The translations under genes were made by a program, and so were the position numbers. From NCBI GenBank assembly GCA_002706065.1, contig PAJM01000017.1:12722-76721 (forward strand): a DNA stretch of 64,000 nt. The letters run 5' to 3'. Positions 1 to 8,746 of this stretch are shown here, piece by piece. Origin of the DNA: Methanobacteriota archaeon (lineage in GTDB: Archaea > Thermoplasmatota > Poseidoniia > Poseidoniales > Poseidoniaceae). The notes below the pieces were generated by a model that made no database searches, was not told the DNA's origin, and saw nothing but the letters and a program-made list of their open reading frames with translations. Numbering within the stretch: position 1 is the stretch's first letter; each line of letters starts with the position of its first letter.

Positions 1-2111
1 TCTAGTCCAACATCATACATCGTGGCAATCATAATTTTGTTGTAAGCCGGTCCCTCGTACTGCGTACCACTTCGGGTCGAAATGAGAATCGGCTTAATCT
101 CTGGGGCAACGTCATTGGCTTGTGCGTTCAATGGTGCAGTTACTGCAATGTAGAACGATGCAGATGCACCTGGATTGATTACAATTGAAGGACGTTGCTC
201 AGCTTCAATCAACCAGCCGATGGTTTCAACAAAATCGACGGACAAATCAAAACTATCCTGCCTACTTGCTAAATTCGTTAGTGTATATTTGAGTTCAATA
301 CGTTCTCCTGGTGTTAAGGTCGTAGAACCATCGGGATCGATATCCAACTCAATCTGAGCATTCGATATCATTGACGCTTGAAGGACAATCGCTTCGGTGG
401 TTGTACGTGTCGTATCGTTCTGAGCGACCATGGTCAACCAGAAATCACCCGTTTTATCGGGTGTTTCACCAGAAGGTATTGTCATCACGAACTTGACCGA
501 TTGGAGTTGATTTGGTATGAGTCGAATCGATGGTGATTGATCGAACGCTAGATTGACATTCCATCCTTGATGAAGTGATTTCGGCGCGACCTCGAGATCA
601 AAAACATCCGTAGCTTGTCCAATGTTTTCAACCTCAACGTAGAATGCGCAAGACGATCCTGGAGCACATTTAGGTTTAATCTCAGGGACATGAATATGAG
701 GAATTCGATCTGCTGAAACCTGGAATTGCATTTGCTCCAGAACGGAGAAATTTGGATTTTGTAGGCTCGTAGCCTCGAACGTGAGTGGGACAAACCCAAC
801 GCTGGCATTCGCACCAGGTTGTAATTTCACATCGATTTGTCGTGATTCTCCCGGCAAAAGTCGAACGCCTGTATTTGGATTAACGCCAGCGCCATTGGGA
901 AATGAATACGCAACATTCCAATCGGTTGGTAAATTGGTAACCGATGGGACCAAAGAATCACTGATGTTTCCTGTGTTGGTTAGTTCCAATCGTATCTTAC
1001 CCCATGAACCAGGTATTGACCCGTCTGTGAAGACTCCAGACACATCAAGATTGTATTCTTCAGTTCTTGCTGTCTGATCGTAGACGATCACAAAATCATC
1101 AAACCAATATCCGATATCTGTCCCAGAAACATCACTCGTAAATGCAAATTTGAGTCTTGAATTGGAATGGAAATGATTCGCTGTATCAAGCGGGACTAAC
1201 GGAGTCGTGTGTCCCATATGATTGTTTGAGATGGTTTGCCAATTCGAAAGCGTGGCACCAACGGTTCCAGCAATATTGACAAGTTCATCCCAATTGCCTT
1301 GACGGTTGAGGGCGTAAACCTTCATTGCGTCATTTTGTTGTGCACTTCCTGTGTAGAAGAACGTTATACCGTTGGTTCTTGTTGGGTTTGAAACAATGTC
1401 ACTCATGTCCCAAATCGGTGTTAACAAATCGGTTTGGAGATTGTTTGCATAGGAACCAGTCTGGCCTTGACCAATATGACAGGATTGTCCCATACTCAGT
1501 GCGGTGTCTGTGTTGGTTCCCCAATACGGTCCTGCGTTCCAGCCAACCAGTGAGGTGCAGGTAAAATAGGAATGAGCAACAGTATAATGTCGATTCAAAA
1601 CGTCGTTGGAAGGGTTGTCGTCAACACCTTGGAACGTAGGAATAATTTCGAGTGAATGATTGCCTGAATAGTTGACCTGAACGTTGTAAAATGTTGCAGT
1701 TCCTTGTCCATTTGATGATAAACTGTTCATGGTAATGGAGCGATTCGCAAGTTCAAATCGTTCGTATTCGTTGTGAAGTATGAGCATCTGGACAGTTATG
1801 ATTCCAGAGGCTACATTTCCATTGTTTCGAATGGTTATTTCGATATCCATGGGTGTTGTATTAACAGCATCGACAACATACAAACTCTTCGGACGATCAA
1901 ATCCTAAAATCGGATGATTGGATGAGAACATTTTGTACTGTGATTCATCACTTGGATTTGAATATCGAACGGATACATCAGTTGCGGACAAATCTACTCC
2001 GCTGTTTTTTGAAGAATTCGATACGGTTTCAGTATCATGAAGTTCGTTGTTGGCAAATGGTTGAAGCAACAAAAGTACGACGAGCAGACCCACTACACCG
2101 TACCTTGGCAT
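1..2111 (-). CDS. Large secreted/surface protein, 5' end only (N-terminal ~703 aa; gene continues beyond the left edge). Signal peptide MPRYGVVGLLVVLLLLQPFANN, then repeated beta-rich (CARDB/adhesin-like) segments
   Basis: ATG (revcomp) at 2109-2111, ~27 nt upstream of the next minus-strand gene. This minus-strand frame stays open to position 1. It is absent from the ORF track only because it is unterminated; no other >=60 aa ORF appears in this frame. Hydrophobic N-terminal signal; Asn/Thr/Ser-rich extracellular composition. Confidence 0.6.
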   Translation of the reverse strand, partial: MPRYGVVGLLVVLLLLQPFANNELHDTETVSNSSKNSGVDLSATDVSVRYSNPSDESQYKMFSSNHPILGFDRPKSLYVVDAVNTTPMDIEITIRNNGNVASGIITVQMLILHNEYERFELANRSITMNSLSSNGQGTATFYNVQVNYSGNHSLEIIPTFQGVDDNPSNDVLNRHYTVAHSYFTCTSLVGWNAGPYWGTNTDTALSMGQSCHIGQGQTGSYANNLQTDLLTPIWDMSDIVSNPTRTNGITFFYTGSAQQNDAMKVYALNRQGNWDELVNIAGTVGATLSNWQTISNNHMGHTTPLVPLDTANHFHSNSRLKFAFTSDVSGTDIGYWFDDFVIVYDQTARTEEYNLDVSGVFTDGSIPGSWGKIRLELTNTGNISDSLVPSVTNLPTDWNVAYSFPNGAGVNPNTGVRLLPGESRQIDVKLQPGANASVGFVPLTFEATSLQNPNFSVLEQMQFQVSADRIPHIHVPEIKPKCAPGSSCAFYVEVENIGQATDVFDLEVAPKSLHQGWNVNLAFDQSPSIRLIPNQLQSVKFVMTIPSGETPDKTGDFWLTMVAQNDTTRTTTEAIVLQASMISNAQIELDIDPDGSTTLTPGERIELKYTLTNLASRQDSFDLSVDFVETIGWLIEAEQRPSIVINPGASASFYIAVTAPLNAQANDVAPEIKPILISTRSGTQYEGPAYNKIMIATMYDVGL

Positions 2112-2140
2112 AGTGGTGAATCGGCATTTACGTATTTGAT

Positions 2141-3001
2141 TTATTCGTCGCTGGAGTCTTGTGCAGCAAGCCTCAGCTTTTGCTCGTTCCTACGTTCTTT
2201 TGCACGAGCAGCAAAGTACACTGTGAAAGATGGAATAAGGACCATTGAAAAACATCCCACAACGGCTGCAAGGGCCCATAGAAACTCGGTTGCAGCATCA
2301 ATTTCAAAGACTTGAATACCTGCAAATTCCTCATTAACGGTGTAAACATTGACTTGTGGTTGGACAGACTTGTCGCCAGGTTCGACGATTTGAATGATGA
2401 TTTGTGAAGGCTCATGCGTGTAGTTGATTTCACTGCGTGCAAGCTCTTCTGCTTCGGACAGGCTATCTGCGAAGACCGTTCCGTTCGAGCGGCGAGCAGG
2501 GTCTGTTGACGTCAATGATTGGAGGCTAAGTTGACTGGATTCGGCTTCGACTTCGATCGAGTCTGAGTATATGCAGTGCTCTGAACACCTGAAATCAACC
2601 GTCTTTCCATCAACTTCGACTTCGGCATCGGGGACACCGAGGAACGGGTGTGAATACAACTTTCCATCATTTGTCATTTTGACCAATGCTCCGCTTGCGA
2701 GGTTATCGATCGTCATATTGACCCACGTTAGGTTTTGACCATCAGGAGATACAGTACCGATCCAGGTTGTTTCATTGTTTTGGAAGACCTTCGTAAGTTC
2801 AATGTCTTCAAATTCGCTTTCTGTTGGGTTTGTTTCATAGATGTAGTAACTGGGAGAAATTGTTGCGCCGTACACTGCATAGGAAAGCAAAATAATGAGC
2901 GTAAGAGACAAACCGATGAGTGTCCTCAACAAGTTTGGATTCTGGGCTAAAGCCTTCTTCATTGTTTCTCCCAAAACGCATCCATTCAAGAACACTTGCA
3001 C
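2141..3001 (-). CDS. Membrane-anchored hypothetical protein (N-terminal signal anchor, acidic extracellular region, C-terminal TM helix); likely true start at M14 (2962)
   Basis: ORF track 286 aa. Hydrophobic segments LLRTLIGLSLTLIILLSYAVYG and FLWALAAVVGCFSMVLIPSFTVYF. No recognisable catalytic motifs. Confidence 0.45.
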   Translation of the reverse strand: MQVFLNGCVLGETMKKALAQNPNLLRTLIGLSLTLIILLSYAVYGATISPSYYIYETNPTESEFEDIELTKVFQNNETTWIGTVSPDGQNLTWVNMTIDNLASGALVKMTNDGKLYSHPFLGVPDAEVEVDGKTVDFRCSEHCIYSDSIEVEAESSQLSLQSLTSTDPARRSNGTVFADSLSEAEELARSEINYTHEPSQIIIQIVEPGDKSVQPQVNVYTVNEEFAGIQVFEIDAATEFLWALAAVVGCFSMVLIPSFTVYFAARAKERRNEQKLRLAAQDSSDE

Positions 3002-3044
3002 GAGCCCAAAATCAGATGAATGCTCTTCAATCGCGTCTACAAAT

Positions 3045-3064
3045 CGCCCGCTTTATTCAAATAG
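3045..3064 (+). promoter_or_regulatory. Putative archaeal BRE/TATA element (tttattcaaata) about 25-30 nt upstream of the S19e operon start
   Basis: AT-rich TATA-like box preceded by a G/C-rich stretch; spacing fits a leaderless or short-leader transcript starting near 3083-3098. Confidence 0.3.
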
Positions 3065-3097
3065 GGGAGATAAGTCGGAAGGATGCTTGGTGTAGTT

Positions 3098-3592
3098 ATG
3101 ACGACGTTTTACGATGTACCTGCCAATTTCCTAATCCCTGCTCTCGCAGAGCAATTGAAGAGCAATGATGCGATTAAGATGCCAGATTGGGCAGATGTCG
3201 TCAAAACTGGCTCGTCCCGTGAGCGCCCTCCGACTCAAACCGACTGGTGGCACACGCGAGGGGCTGCACTCCTTCGAAAAATAGCTCGTCAAGGTCCAAT
3301 TGGTGTAACCGCACTCTCGCAAGAATACGGAGGCCGCAAGAACAACGGTTCCAAACCCAACACACCTGGTGTAGGGTCACGAAAAGTCATTCGAATCCTT
3401 GTTCAACAACTCGAAACTGCTGGTCTTGTCTCTACACAATCAGGTCGACTTGTTGAACCCGAGGGACGTGAAGCAACCCAACTTTACAATGGACGTATCA
3501 TAACTCCAGCTGGCCACAAACTTCTCAACGAAGTTGCACACAGTGTGCGTCCCGATGTTGAGGCAGCCTATTCTGGTCTCGATAAATATTGA
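3098..3592 (+). CDS. rps19e: 30S ribosomal protein S19e
   Basis: N-terminus MTTFYDVPANFLIPALAEQLK is canonical S19e; ORF track frame 3083..3592 (alternative start at 3083). Confidence 0.9.
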   Translation: MTTFYDVPANFLIPALAEQLKSNDAIKMPDWADVVKTGSSRERPPTQTDWWHTRGAALLRKIARQGPIGVTALSQEYGGRKNNGSKPNTPGVGSRKVIRILVQQLETAGLVSTQSGRLVEPEGREATQLYNGRIITPAGHKLLNEVAHSVRPDVEAAYSGLDKY

Positions 3593-3610
3593 TTGAACGG
3601 AAGTGAATGG

Positions 3611-3976
3611 ATGACAAGTGTTGCAGACGATTCGGCGGAACTTGAAGCGTTCCGTCAGCGTCGACAACTCGAGCTTCAGCAACAACTCGAACAGCAAGCG
3701 AAACAGCAAGCCGCCGCTGAAGTTGAATCACAAGTACAAGCACAAGAGCAGCAAGCACTTGACCAGGCCATGAAGACCATCCTTACTTCAGATGCGAGAA
3801 GTCGTTTGACCAACATTTCCTTGGTCGATACCAACAAGGCCGATCTCCTTAAGCGACAATTAGTCGGACTCTACGAGCAACAACAAATTTCCATACCTGT
3901 CAACGATGAACAGTTGAAGAGAATCCTAGCAAGCCTATCCAAGAGCCGCAGAGATGCGTCTATCCGTCGAATCTAA
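3611..3976 (+). CDS. PDCD5/TFAR19-like DNA-binding protein (archaeal DNA-binding protein of the S19e-L39e cluster)
   Basis: Gln/Glu-rich coiled N-terminus plus conserved C-terminus ILTSDARSRLTNISLVDTNKA...LKRIL. Conserved position between S19e and L39e. ORF track begins at a TTG at 3593; the ATG at 3611 is the likely start. Confidence 0.8.
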   Translation: MTSVADDSAELEAFRQRRQLELQQQLEQQAKQQAAAEVESQVQAQEQQALDQAMKTILTSDARSRLTNISLVDTNKADLLKRQLVGLYEQQQISIPVNDEQLKRILASLSKSRRDASIRRI

Positions 3977-3991
3977 GAGGGGTGCTCGAAT

Positions 3992-4147
3992 ATGTCAAAA
4001 AATAAACCAGCAGCAAAGAAAATTCGCCTGATGAAGGCAGGAAAGCAGAACCGCCGTGTCCCAGTATGGGTCATGCTAAAAACGAACAGAAACACAGTGT
4101 CGCATCCAAAGCGACATCACTGGCGACGTAGCAAGTTGCAACGATGA
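3992..4147 (+). CDS. rpl39e: 50S ribosomal protein L39e (51 aa)
   Basis: Translated directly from the sequence: [51 protein letters not shown]. Too short for the ORF track. Stop overlaps the L31e ORF. Confidence 0.85.
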   Translation: MSKNKPAAKKIRLMKAGKQNRRVPVWVMLKTNRNTVSHPKRHHWRRSKLQR

Positions 4148-4158
4148 GGTGTATTGAC

Positions 4159-4437
4159 ATGGCAAGAGCAGCAACATCTGAATTGATCGTCCCACTACGA
4201 AAAGCATGGAACATAACCCGTTTCAAGCGAGCACCTCGTGCAATCCAAATCATCCGCGATGAAGTCATTCGTCATCTCAAGGTTCTTCCTGAAGAAGAGA
4301 TTTACATCGACCCATCGGTCAATGAGAAAATTTGGGAACGTGGTATTGAAAACCCACCGCGCAAGATACGGTTGACCGTTATTCGACATGATGAACCGGA
4401 TATCCCAATCGAAGTCAAATTGTTTGAGGAGGCCTGA
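4159..4437 (+). CDS. rpl31e: 50S ribosomal protein L31e
   Basis: [36 protein letters not shown] matches the L31e N-terminal consensus; ORF track frame 4144..4437. Confidence 0.85.
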   Translation: MARAATSELIVPLRKAWNITRFKRAPRAIQIIRDEVIRHLKVLPEEEIYIDPSVNEKIWERGIENPPRKIRLTVIRHDEPDIPIEVKLFEEA

Positions 4438-4439
4438 AA

Positions 4440-4631
4440 ATGGGAAATATTCGTCCAAGTTTTATCAAGATTCGAGCAATCCGTCTGGTTGAAGAACACG
4501 GTGAAAAATTCACAGATGACTTCGATCACAACAAGGTGATGGTCGAAAAGCTGACCGACGTGAGTACAAAGAAGCTTCGTAATTGGATCGCTGGCTACGT
4601 TACTCGTTACCGCCAACGCCGTACTGATTGA
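4440..4631 (+). CDS. rps17e: 30S ribosomal protein S17e
   Basis: [32 protein letters not shown]...[11 protein letters not shown] matches archaeal S17e (~63 aa). Confidence 0.85.
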   Translation: MGNIRPSFIKIRAIRLVEEHGEKFTDDFDHNKVMVEKLTDVSTKKLRNWIAGYVTRYRQRRTD

Positions 4632-4862
4632 TGAGGTCATTGTTGTGCCCATTCGGGTTGATTGGAACAGAACTCCCGTTTCTGTTCATAGCCCTACATC
4701 GGAGCCACTGGAACGATTGATTCTCTATCTTCGAAATACGTACAACGTCCGCAGGCGCTCGTTGGTAATGCCGGACCGAGAGCAAGGTGGCTACCTTTTT
4801 TTTCTATATCAAGCATGCAATCCGATGTGGATTGCTGAATTCATTCAAAGCCAGGAGGAAGA

Positions 4863-5702
4863 ATGATGGGTGAACGGAGTGATTTACCGCTCCCTCAATC
4901 TGCCTACAGGTTGCATGTCGTATTGGTGGGTATCCAACACCCAGGTAACTTGGGAGCTGTCTGCAGGTCACTCCTGAATCATGGATTTGATTCGTTACGT
5001 TTGGTTCAACCCAAGTGTCACCCTGACGATATCGAGGCTAGAAATCGTGCAAAACATGCTGGGCGTGTGTTGGATGATTGTCGAATTTTCGAGTCGTTTG
5101 AAGCGGCAACAAACGATTGTTCCGTAGTTGTGGGGACATCGGGCAAACGTGAGATTGGTAATAAAACGCAAAAACGTCATTTTGTTTACCCATGGGAATT
5201 TTCTGAACGGATATCGGATGTTGAGCAAGACGTTGCACTAGTGTTTGGTGAAGAAGGGAAAGGATTGTCAACAGTTGATCTCTTGCGTTGCGATTACCTC
5301 GTGACCCTCCCTACATGGGAGGGATATCCAATAACCAATCTAAGTCACGCCGTCCACACGCTGACGTATGAACTTCATCGATATCGAGTATTGAAGCGTC
5401 AAGGAAAAGAAAAAGCCCTTCCAAATATCGTGCCTCTTCAACGGGGAATCACACCAGAACAACGCAAGGTTCTGCGGAAATCGGTTGAGGATATTGCACG
5501 TTATTTGCCCGGCGGAGACGAACGCCGAATTTCTTTTGCACATTCGTTAACACGTGCCCTTCAGCGCTCTGGATTGGAGCCAGATCAAACCAATCGACTC
5601 ATTGGGGGATTTGTAGATGCTTCTACTGCACTTGAATACGCCACAGAAAGTGGTCATTGGAAATCAAATCGACGTCGTCGGGTTGTGCTTGAAGAAGAAT
5701 AG
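4863..5702 (+). CDS. SpoU/TrmH-family RNA 2'-O-methyltransferase (SPOUT fold) with a basic C-terminal extension
   Basis: SPOUT motifs HPGNLGAVCRS, VFGEEGKGLS and LPTWEGYPITNLSHAV; GGAGG ribosome-binding site at about 4851-4856. Confidence 0.75.
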   Translation: MMGERSDLPLPQSAYRLHVVLVGIQHPGNLGAVCRSLLNHGFDSLRLVQPKCHPDDIEARNRAKHAGRVLDDCRIFESFEAATNDCSVVVGTSGKREIGNKTQKRHFVYPWEFSERISDVEQDVALVFGEEGKGLSTVDLLRCDYLVTLPTWEGYPITNLSHAVHTLTYELHRYRVLKRQGKEKALPNIVPLQRGITPEQRKVLRKSVEDIARYLPGGDERRISFAHSLTRALQRSGLEPDQTNRLIGGFVDASTALEYATESGHWKSNRRRRVVLEEE

Positions 5703-6152
5703 TTATGCGTGCCACGATGCCCAACTTTTCGGAGTTTCGCGTACATGCATAGCCACGAGTCGTAAGCGATTGCCGTATGCAGTTCGGATATGTGGTTCAA
5801 CCTGTTCAAAAGCCCATTTAGCCAGGTTTTCTGCGGTTGGAATGAACGGTACAATTACGGTACGATGTTCAGCAGAAAGTCCGGAAAGTACGCTTCTAGC
5901 TTCTTCATCACCTTCGTATACAACGAACGCATGATCAACAACGTCGTGGATATGGACTGTTAGAATCGAACTTACATCGCTAAAATCCATCAACATGCCT
6001 TGTTCACTTACGCCTTCTGTTTCGACAATGTCTCCTTCAATTTCAGCTTCAAATCGATATCGATGACCGTGAAAGTGTCTGCATTTGCTTTTGTGATTTG
6101 GCACTCTATGTCCCGTATCAGTCTCAACATATCGGCGTATTTTTGTAGTCAT
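5703..6152 (-). CDS. queD: 6-carboxy-5,6,7,8-tetrahydropterin synthase (QueD/PTPS family)
   Basis: CxxxHGH-type motif KSKCRHFHGHRYRFE and a PTPS-fold C-terminus; last gene of the preQ0 operon, overlapping the msrB stop by 4 nt. Confidence 0.85.
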   Translation of the reverse strand: MTTKIRRYVETDTGHRVPNHKSKCRHFHGHRYRFEAEIEGDIVETEGVSEQGMLMDFSDVSSILTVHIHDVVDHAFVVYEGDEEARSVLSGLSAEHRTVIVPFIPTAENLAKWAFEQVEPHIRTAYGNRLRLVAMHVRETPKSWASWHA

Positions 6153-6532
6153 TCGTTCACCTCAAATCTCATTGCTGCACTGTTGATGCAATAACGTTCT
6201 CCACCAAACTTTCGTGGTCCATCATCGAAAACGTGGCCAAGATGCGCATCACAACATCCACAGCGAACTTCAACGCGAGTCATTCCATGCGATGTGTCGA
6301 TTATTCTCTTGATGTTGGCATCATGATGTTCTGTGTGAAATGCTGGCCAACCGCAACCAGAGTCAAATTTCATTTGATTCGTGAAAAGTTTGGTATCACA
6401 TACGATGCAAAAGTAGTCGCCTTTTCGATACTCTTTGTTCAGTGCACCAGTGAATGGTCGTTCAGTACCATTTTGTTGTGTGACGTAGTACGATATTTCG
6501 GATAGTGATGCGATGCGTTCATCAAAATTCAT
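6149..6532 (-). CDS. msrB: Peptide-methionine (R)-S-oxide reductase MsrB
   Basis: CIVCDT...GCGWPAF...RVEVRCGCCDAHLGHVFDDGP is the canonical MsrB Zn site plus catalytic region; embedded between queC and queD with 4-nt overlaps. Confidence 0.9.
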   Translation of the reverse strand: MNFDERIASLSEISYYVTQQNGTERPFTGALNKEYRKGDYFCIVCDTKLFTNQMKFDSGCGWPAFHTEHHDANIKRIIDTSHGMTRVEVRCGCCDAHLGHVFDDGPRKFGGERYCINSAAMRFEVNE

Positions 6533-7317
6533 ATGTTAACCTCCTGCTTGTGATTACGTTCAACGACTAAGGCGTTTTCAAGGACTGTTTTCCATTCGCC
6601 TTGGTATTCAATTGGATCTTGTCGGCCAATGGAGTGAAAAGCGAGAATACGCTCAATATCCGATCCGCTCTTACCAGAACTCCTACCGTCCTTATCAGGA
6701 TTATAGGACGTAATTGTATTGGAAAGAACTTCATCAAAATCCAAGTCCAAGAGTTGGGTTGACTCAAGGGCATCCAAGAGAATTGAGGTTTTGTCGCCAT
6801 TTAGGTACGGCAAATCGAAGCGAACCTTGTCACTCTCCCAATTCCCAATTTCAAAGGCTGATTGAAGAGCATGATAGAATTCCGGCCGACAATCTGGATA
6901 AATGGCATGATCGCCACTGTGAACTCCGAGAGCAAGGACGAGTTCATGCCCTGTCTTTTGAGCCTCAGAAAGGGCAAAGCCATACAATATGGATGCAAAG
7001 ATTGCGTTTCGGTTTGGGACTACAGTTTGTTTCATTTGAGCTTCTTCATAATGGCCAAGTGGAATATCCTTGTCGTCGGATGTAAGAGCTGAATCGAAAA
7101 GAGACATCGCAGGAGATAGATCAACAATATGATGTTCAACACTGAATCCCTTTGAGAGACAGAGTGCCACCGTAGATTTTGCCTTCTCGATTTCAATTGC
7201 ATGCTTTTGTCCATAGTTGTATGAAATGCATACAGCACGATACTCACGGGCTAAATAGTGTATCAAGAGACATGTGGAATCCATGCCTCCACTCAATGCC
7301 ATGACAACTGTTTTCAT
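6529..7317 (-). CDS. queC: 7-cyano-7-deazaguanine synthase QueC (variant lacking the C-terminal Zn-binding cysteines)
   Basis: PP-loop SGGMDST and conserved NRNAIFASILYGFA, HSGDHAIYPDCRPEF. The expected C-terminal Cys-rich Zn motif is not visible; the corresponding stretch reads TITSYNPDKDGRSSGKSGSD with no Cys. Start taken at M42 of the ORF-track frame, adjacent to the queE stop. Confidence 0.85.
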   Translation of the reverse strand: MKTVVMALSGGMDSTCLLIHYLAREYRAVCISYNYGQKHAIEIEKAKSTVALCLSKGFSVEHHIVDLSPAMSLFDSALTSDDKDIPLGHYEEAQMKQTVVPNRNAIFASILYGFALSEAQKTGHELVLALGVHSGDHAIYPDCRPEFYHALQSAFEIGNWESDKVRFDLPYLNGDKTSILLDALESTQLLDLDFDEVLSNTITSYNPDKDGRSSGKSGSDIERILAFHSIGRQDPIEYQGEWKTVLENALVVERNHKQEVNI

Positions 7318-7964
7318 AGAATTCCCATCCATTTGTGCGTTTGCAATGATAATCGCCAGCCTGCATGTTCTTTCACAATTTGTTCTGCTTCCTGAAACAT
7401 GACACCATTCTCTTCGATGGTCGCTGTATCGATGTAACAAGGTTGGAGAAAGTGGTGCTCAAATCCTGATTTGAGATCACCATACATCGACAATTCTTGA
7501 CCACAATACACAATCTTCAGTTCATTTCCCATGCGTTGGCGAACAACGGAGTTGGGATAGACTTGATCTTTTGGCGATATACAGATCCAATCGATGAGAC
7601 CTTGTGGTATTTCTATCGTGCCATTGCTTTCGATTGAAAGGTTGAATCCGCGTCGCTTTAACAATCGATGCAATGGCCATAAGTTGTGGAGCATGGGTTC
7701 ACCTCCAGTGAAGATGACACGTTTGCAATCGTATTGCATGATTTCACCAAGGATCTCTATAGCATTCATTTGTTCATGTGTATTGAAGTCAGTATCGCAC
7801 CACGAGCATCGCAGATTGCACGTTCCAAAACGTACAAACACGTGGGGAATCCCAGCGTGATACCCTTCACCTTGCACTGAATGGAAGATTTCAACGACCG
7901 GATACTCGGTAGCCAAATCCGTTGGGTCATCACCAACCGCATCTCCAGCACGTTCGCAATCCAT
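7314..7964 (-). CDS. queE: 7-carboxy-7-deazaguanine synthase QueE (radical SAM)
   Basis: FVRFGTCNLRCSWCDT radical-SAM cluster motif typical of QueE; tightly coupled to queC. Confidence 0.9.
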   Translation of the reverse strand: MDCERAGDAVGDDPTDLATEYPVVEIFHSVQGEGYHAGIPHVFVRFGTCNLRCSWCDTDFNTHEQMNAIEILGEIMQYDCKRVIFTGGEPMLHNLWPLHRLLKRRGFNLSIESNGTIEIPQGLIDWICISPKDQVYPNSVVRQRMGNELKIVYCGQELSMYGDLKSGFEHHFLQPCYIDTATIEENGVMFQEAEQIVKEHAGWRLSLQTHKWMGIL

Positions 7965-7970
7965 TTGCGA

Positions 7971-8537
7971 TCAACTCGAGTTTTCAATGAGTTGCATCAG
8001 TTCGTTCCTTGCTTCTTGTTTCTCAAAGAAAACTCCACGCATTGCACTGGTTGTCATGATTGCATTTTGCTTGCGAACGCCACGACACCGCATACAACCG
8101 TGTGCTGCTTGGATAATCACGGCAGCACCAAGAGGGTTGAGATGCTCCACCAAATCACTGGCAACATCATTGGTAATCCGTTCCTGATTCTGCAGTCGAT
8201 GTGCATGATGATCGACGATACGAGCAAGTTTTGAAATCCCTACGATCCTATCGACAGGAATGTACGCAACGTGTGCTTTACCACTGAACGGTTGCAGATG
8301 ATGCTCGCATGTCGAATGGAATTCAATGTTGCTTAACAACACAATACCATCGTATCCTTCCGCATTGAATGTTGAGTCAAGAATGGTTTTGGAATCGGTA
8401 GAATACCCAGAAAAAATCTCCCCCCAAGAATCGATCACACGCTGAGGTGTGTCTTTCAGTCCCTCTCGATCAGGATTCGATTCTAAAAAATTCAAGAGCG
8501 TGTACACCGCCTTTTTTGCCTCATCTCTCGTAACCAT
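7971..8537 (-). CDS. folE: GTP cyclohydrolase I (FolE type I)
   Basis: FHSTCEHHLQPFSGKAHVAYIP, HGCMRCRGV. Start taken at M31 (MVTRDEAKKAV) of the ORF-track frame 7971..8627, giving ~188 aa. Heads the que operon. Confidence 0.85.
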   Translation of the reverse strand: MVTRDEAKKAVYTLLNFLESNPDREGLKDTPQRVIDSWGEIFSGYSTDSKTILDSTFNAEGYDGIVLLSNIEFHSTCEHHLQPFSGKAHVAYIPVDRIVGISKLARIVDHHAHRLQNQERITNDVASDLVEHLNPLGAAVIIQAAHGCMRCRGVRKQNAIMTTSAMRGVFFEKQEARNELMQLIENSS

Positions 8538-8726
8538 ATTAATCGCCCCCAAGTCGACCGTGTCGCATATCAATCGTGTCGAGTTGATCCAACAATTTGC
8601 GGCAAGCAGAGCGTATTGCATCTGCAACGCTGATGAATTTCTTGTCGTCCCCTACATGCTGTTTTAAGTCAACGAGAAGCTCGTTCGGCATGTCTAAACT
8701 AATTTTGGGCATAGTCTGCCCTTACT

Positions 8727-8746
8727 GGAGTATTATTTTAAGAATA
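8727..8746. repeat. Inverted repeat AGTATT-ATTTTAAG-AATACT immediately 3' of the ABC permease stop; candidate terminator/operator
   Basis: Read directly: 6-bp perfect arms around an AT-rich 8-nt loop; lies between two convergently/tandemly ending minus-strand units. Confidence 0.35.

Noticed and set aside
2037-2315. 92-aa plus-strand ORF spanning the start of the giant minus-strand secreted-protein gene and the 2141..3001 gene
   Set aside because: Overlaps two better-supported minus-strand genes; hydrophobic low-complexity product typical of antisense frames.
4645-4866. 73-aa ORF in the S17e-SpoU spacer
   Set aside because: No motif, no ribosome-binding site, ends exactly at the SpoU start; more likely untranslated spacer, though a small protein cannot be excluded.
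6714-7092. Plus-strand ORFs antisense to queC (6714..7085, 6862..7092)
   Set aside because: Fully overlap a strongly supported queC on the other strand; no motifs.
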